Source: Spizellomyces punctatus DAOM BR117 (lineage: Eukaryota). From it: DNA of 20,010 bases. The stretch lies in NCBI GenBank assembly GCA_000182565.2, contig KQ257471.1. One strand, given 5' to 3'. Position numbers and translations under genes: made by a program. The notes under the pieces were generated by a model. The model searched no databases and was not told the DNA's origin. It worked only from the letters and a program-made list of their open reading frames with translations. Shown in pieces: positions 19,367 through 20,010 of this stretch (the first letter of the stretch is position 1; each line of letters opens with the position of its first letter).

Positions 19367-19675
19367 ATGCAGCGCGCGGACATTGATGGTCATTCAGTTT
19401 TCAATATTAAAGACGACGTGAAGGGCGACATGGATAAATTTTGGAAATTTTGTGAAAGTATGTTAAGAGGGGACAAGAGCAGGGTAATTCTCTATTTACC
19501 CCAAACACCTGAAAATGAACATATCTTTCAAGAGATTCTCCCCATCGTCCACTTGAAGAAACTCGACCAATTATGCTTCAAGCATAGTGGTTATCTCGCT
19601 ATTCTCAACAATTTTGTATTGTTGGGTCATTCGAGAAACGAACGGCTGTTTTTTTTAGAGATGAGAGTCAAATAG
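19367..19675 (+). CDS. Hypothetical protein
   Basis: 102-aa ATG ORF with AAAATG context, directly after the fibre gene. Confidence 0.55.
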   Translation: MQRADIDGHSVFNIKDDVKGDMDKFWKFCESMLRGDKSRVILYLPQTPENEHIFQEILPIVHLKKLDQLCFKHSGYLAILNNFVLLGHSRNERLFFLEMRVK

Positions 19676-19676
19676 A

Positions 19677-20010
19677 ATGCATTTCATATCCGTACGGTCT
19701 ACCAAAGACGACTTTATAACCATGTTTGATGACCTACATCAAGGATCATTCAAAAACATGATCAAAGACTTCTCTGATATTCTACAAACGAAGCAATTCT
19801 CACTGTCATTTCAAGACCCTACATTATCTGATACAAACCATAATGGCTTCATAAATTATTCGTCTATAGCATTTTTCAGAAATCGAAAGCATCTTATCAC
19901 CATAAACCTGAAAACCCTAATGCCTGTCATCAAGGATCCTACGCTAGATAAAAGGGCGATCTGCAAATGCATATTGCAGCATCAGGAAACTCTATTGGAT
20001 ATGGATGACC
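19677..20010 (+). CDS. Hypothetical protein, partial (runs off the window)
   Basis: The ATG lies 1 nt after the previous TAG and the frame is open to the window end: MHFISVRSTKDDFITMFDDLHQGSFKNMIKDF...QETLLDMDD. It is absent from the ORF track. Confidence 0.6.
   Translation, partial: MHFISVRSTKDDFITMFDDLHQGSFKNMIKDFSDILQTKQFSLSFQDPTLSDTNHNGFINYSSIAFFRNRKHLITINLKTLMPVIKDPTLDKRAICKCILQHQETLLDMDD

Larger units (their letters stand above)
1..20010. mobile_element. Endogenous Polinton/Maverick-class virus (Polinton-like virus), internal portion, partly degraded
   Basis: rve integrase, protein-primed PolB, A32-like ATPase, major and minor capsid and fibre genes co-occur in a compact, intronless, divergently arranged block. 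A nested solo LTR indicates residence in a eukaryotic chromosome. No terminal inverted repeats were seen, so the boundaries lie outside the window or were not recognised. Confidence 0.93.

Overview
The window is the interior of an endogenous Polinton/Maverick-class virus (Polinton-like virus, PLV) integrated in a eukaryotic genome. The minus-strand arm encodes an rve integrase, a ~1380-aa protein-primed DNA polymerase B (putative vOTU and Cys/His-rich N-terminus, VSR-like nuclease insertion), a small HTH protein, a small basic core-like protein, a PLV-type major capsid protein and an A32/FtsK packaging ATPase. The plus-strand arm encodes a minor capsid (penton), several hypothetical proteins and one ~1890-aa fibre-like gene. 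That gene is split by a 1-nt frameshift, an 88-nt-period duplication and a 600-bp solo LTR (TGTAACG...CGTTACA, CCGG target-site duplication). Six in-frame internal stops were found and all are TGA; context favours Arg (CGA>TGA, host CpG-methylation decay) over recoding. The element also carries a modular GC-rich palindromic repeat family (TGCCGG...CCGGCA) that sits between genes and inside ORFs in different frames, and an 8-copy, ~20-bp-phased TGTTTC array. The element termini are not visible in the window.
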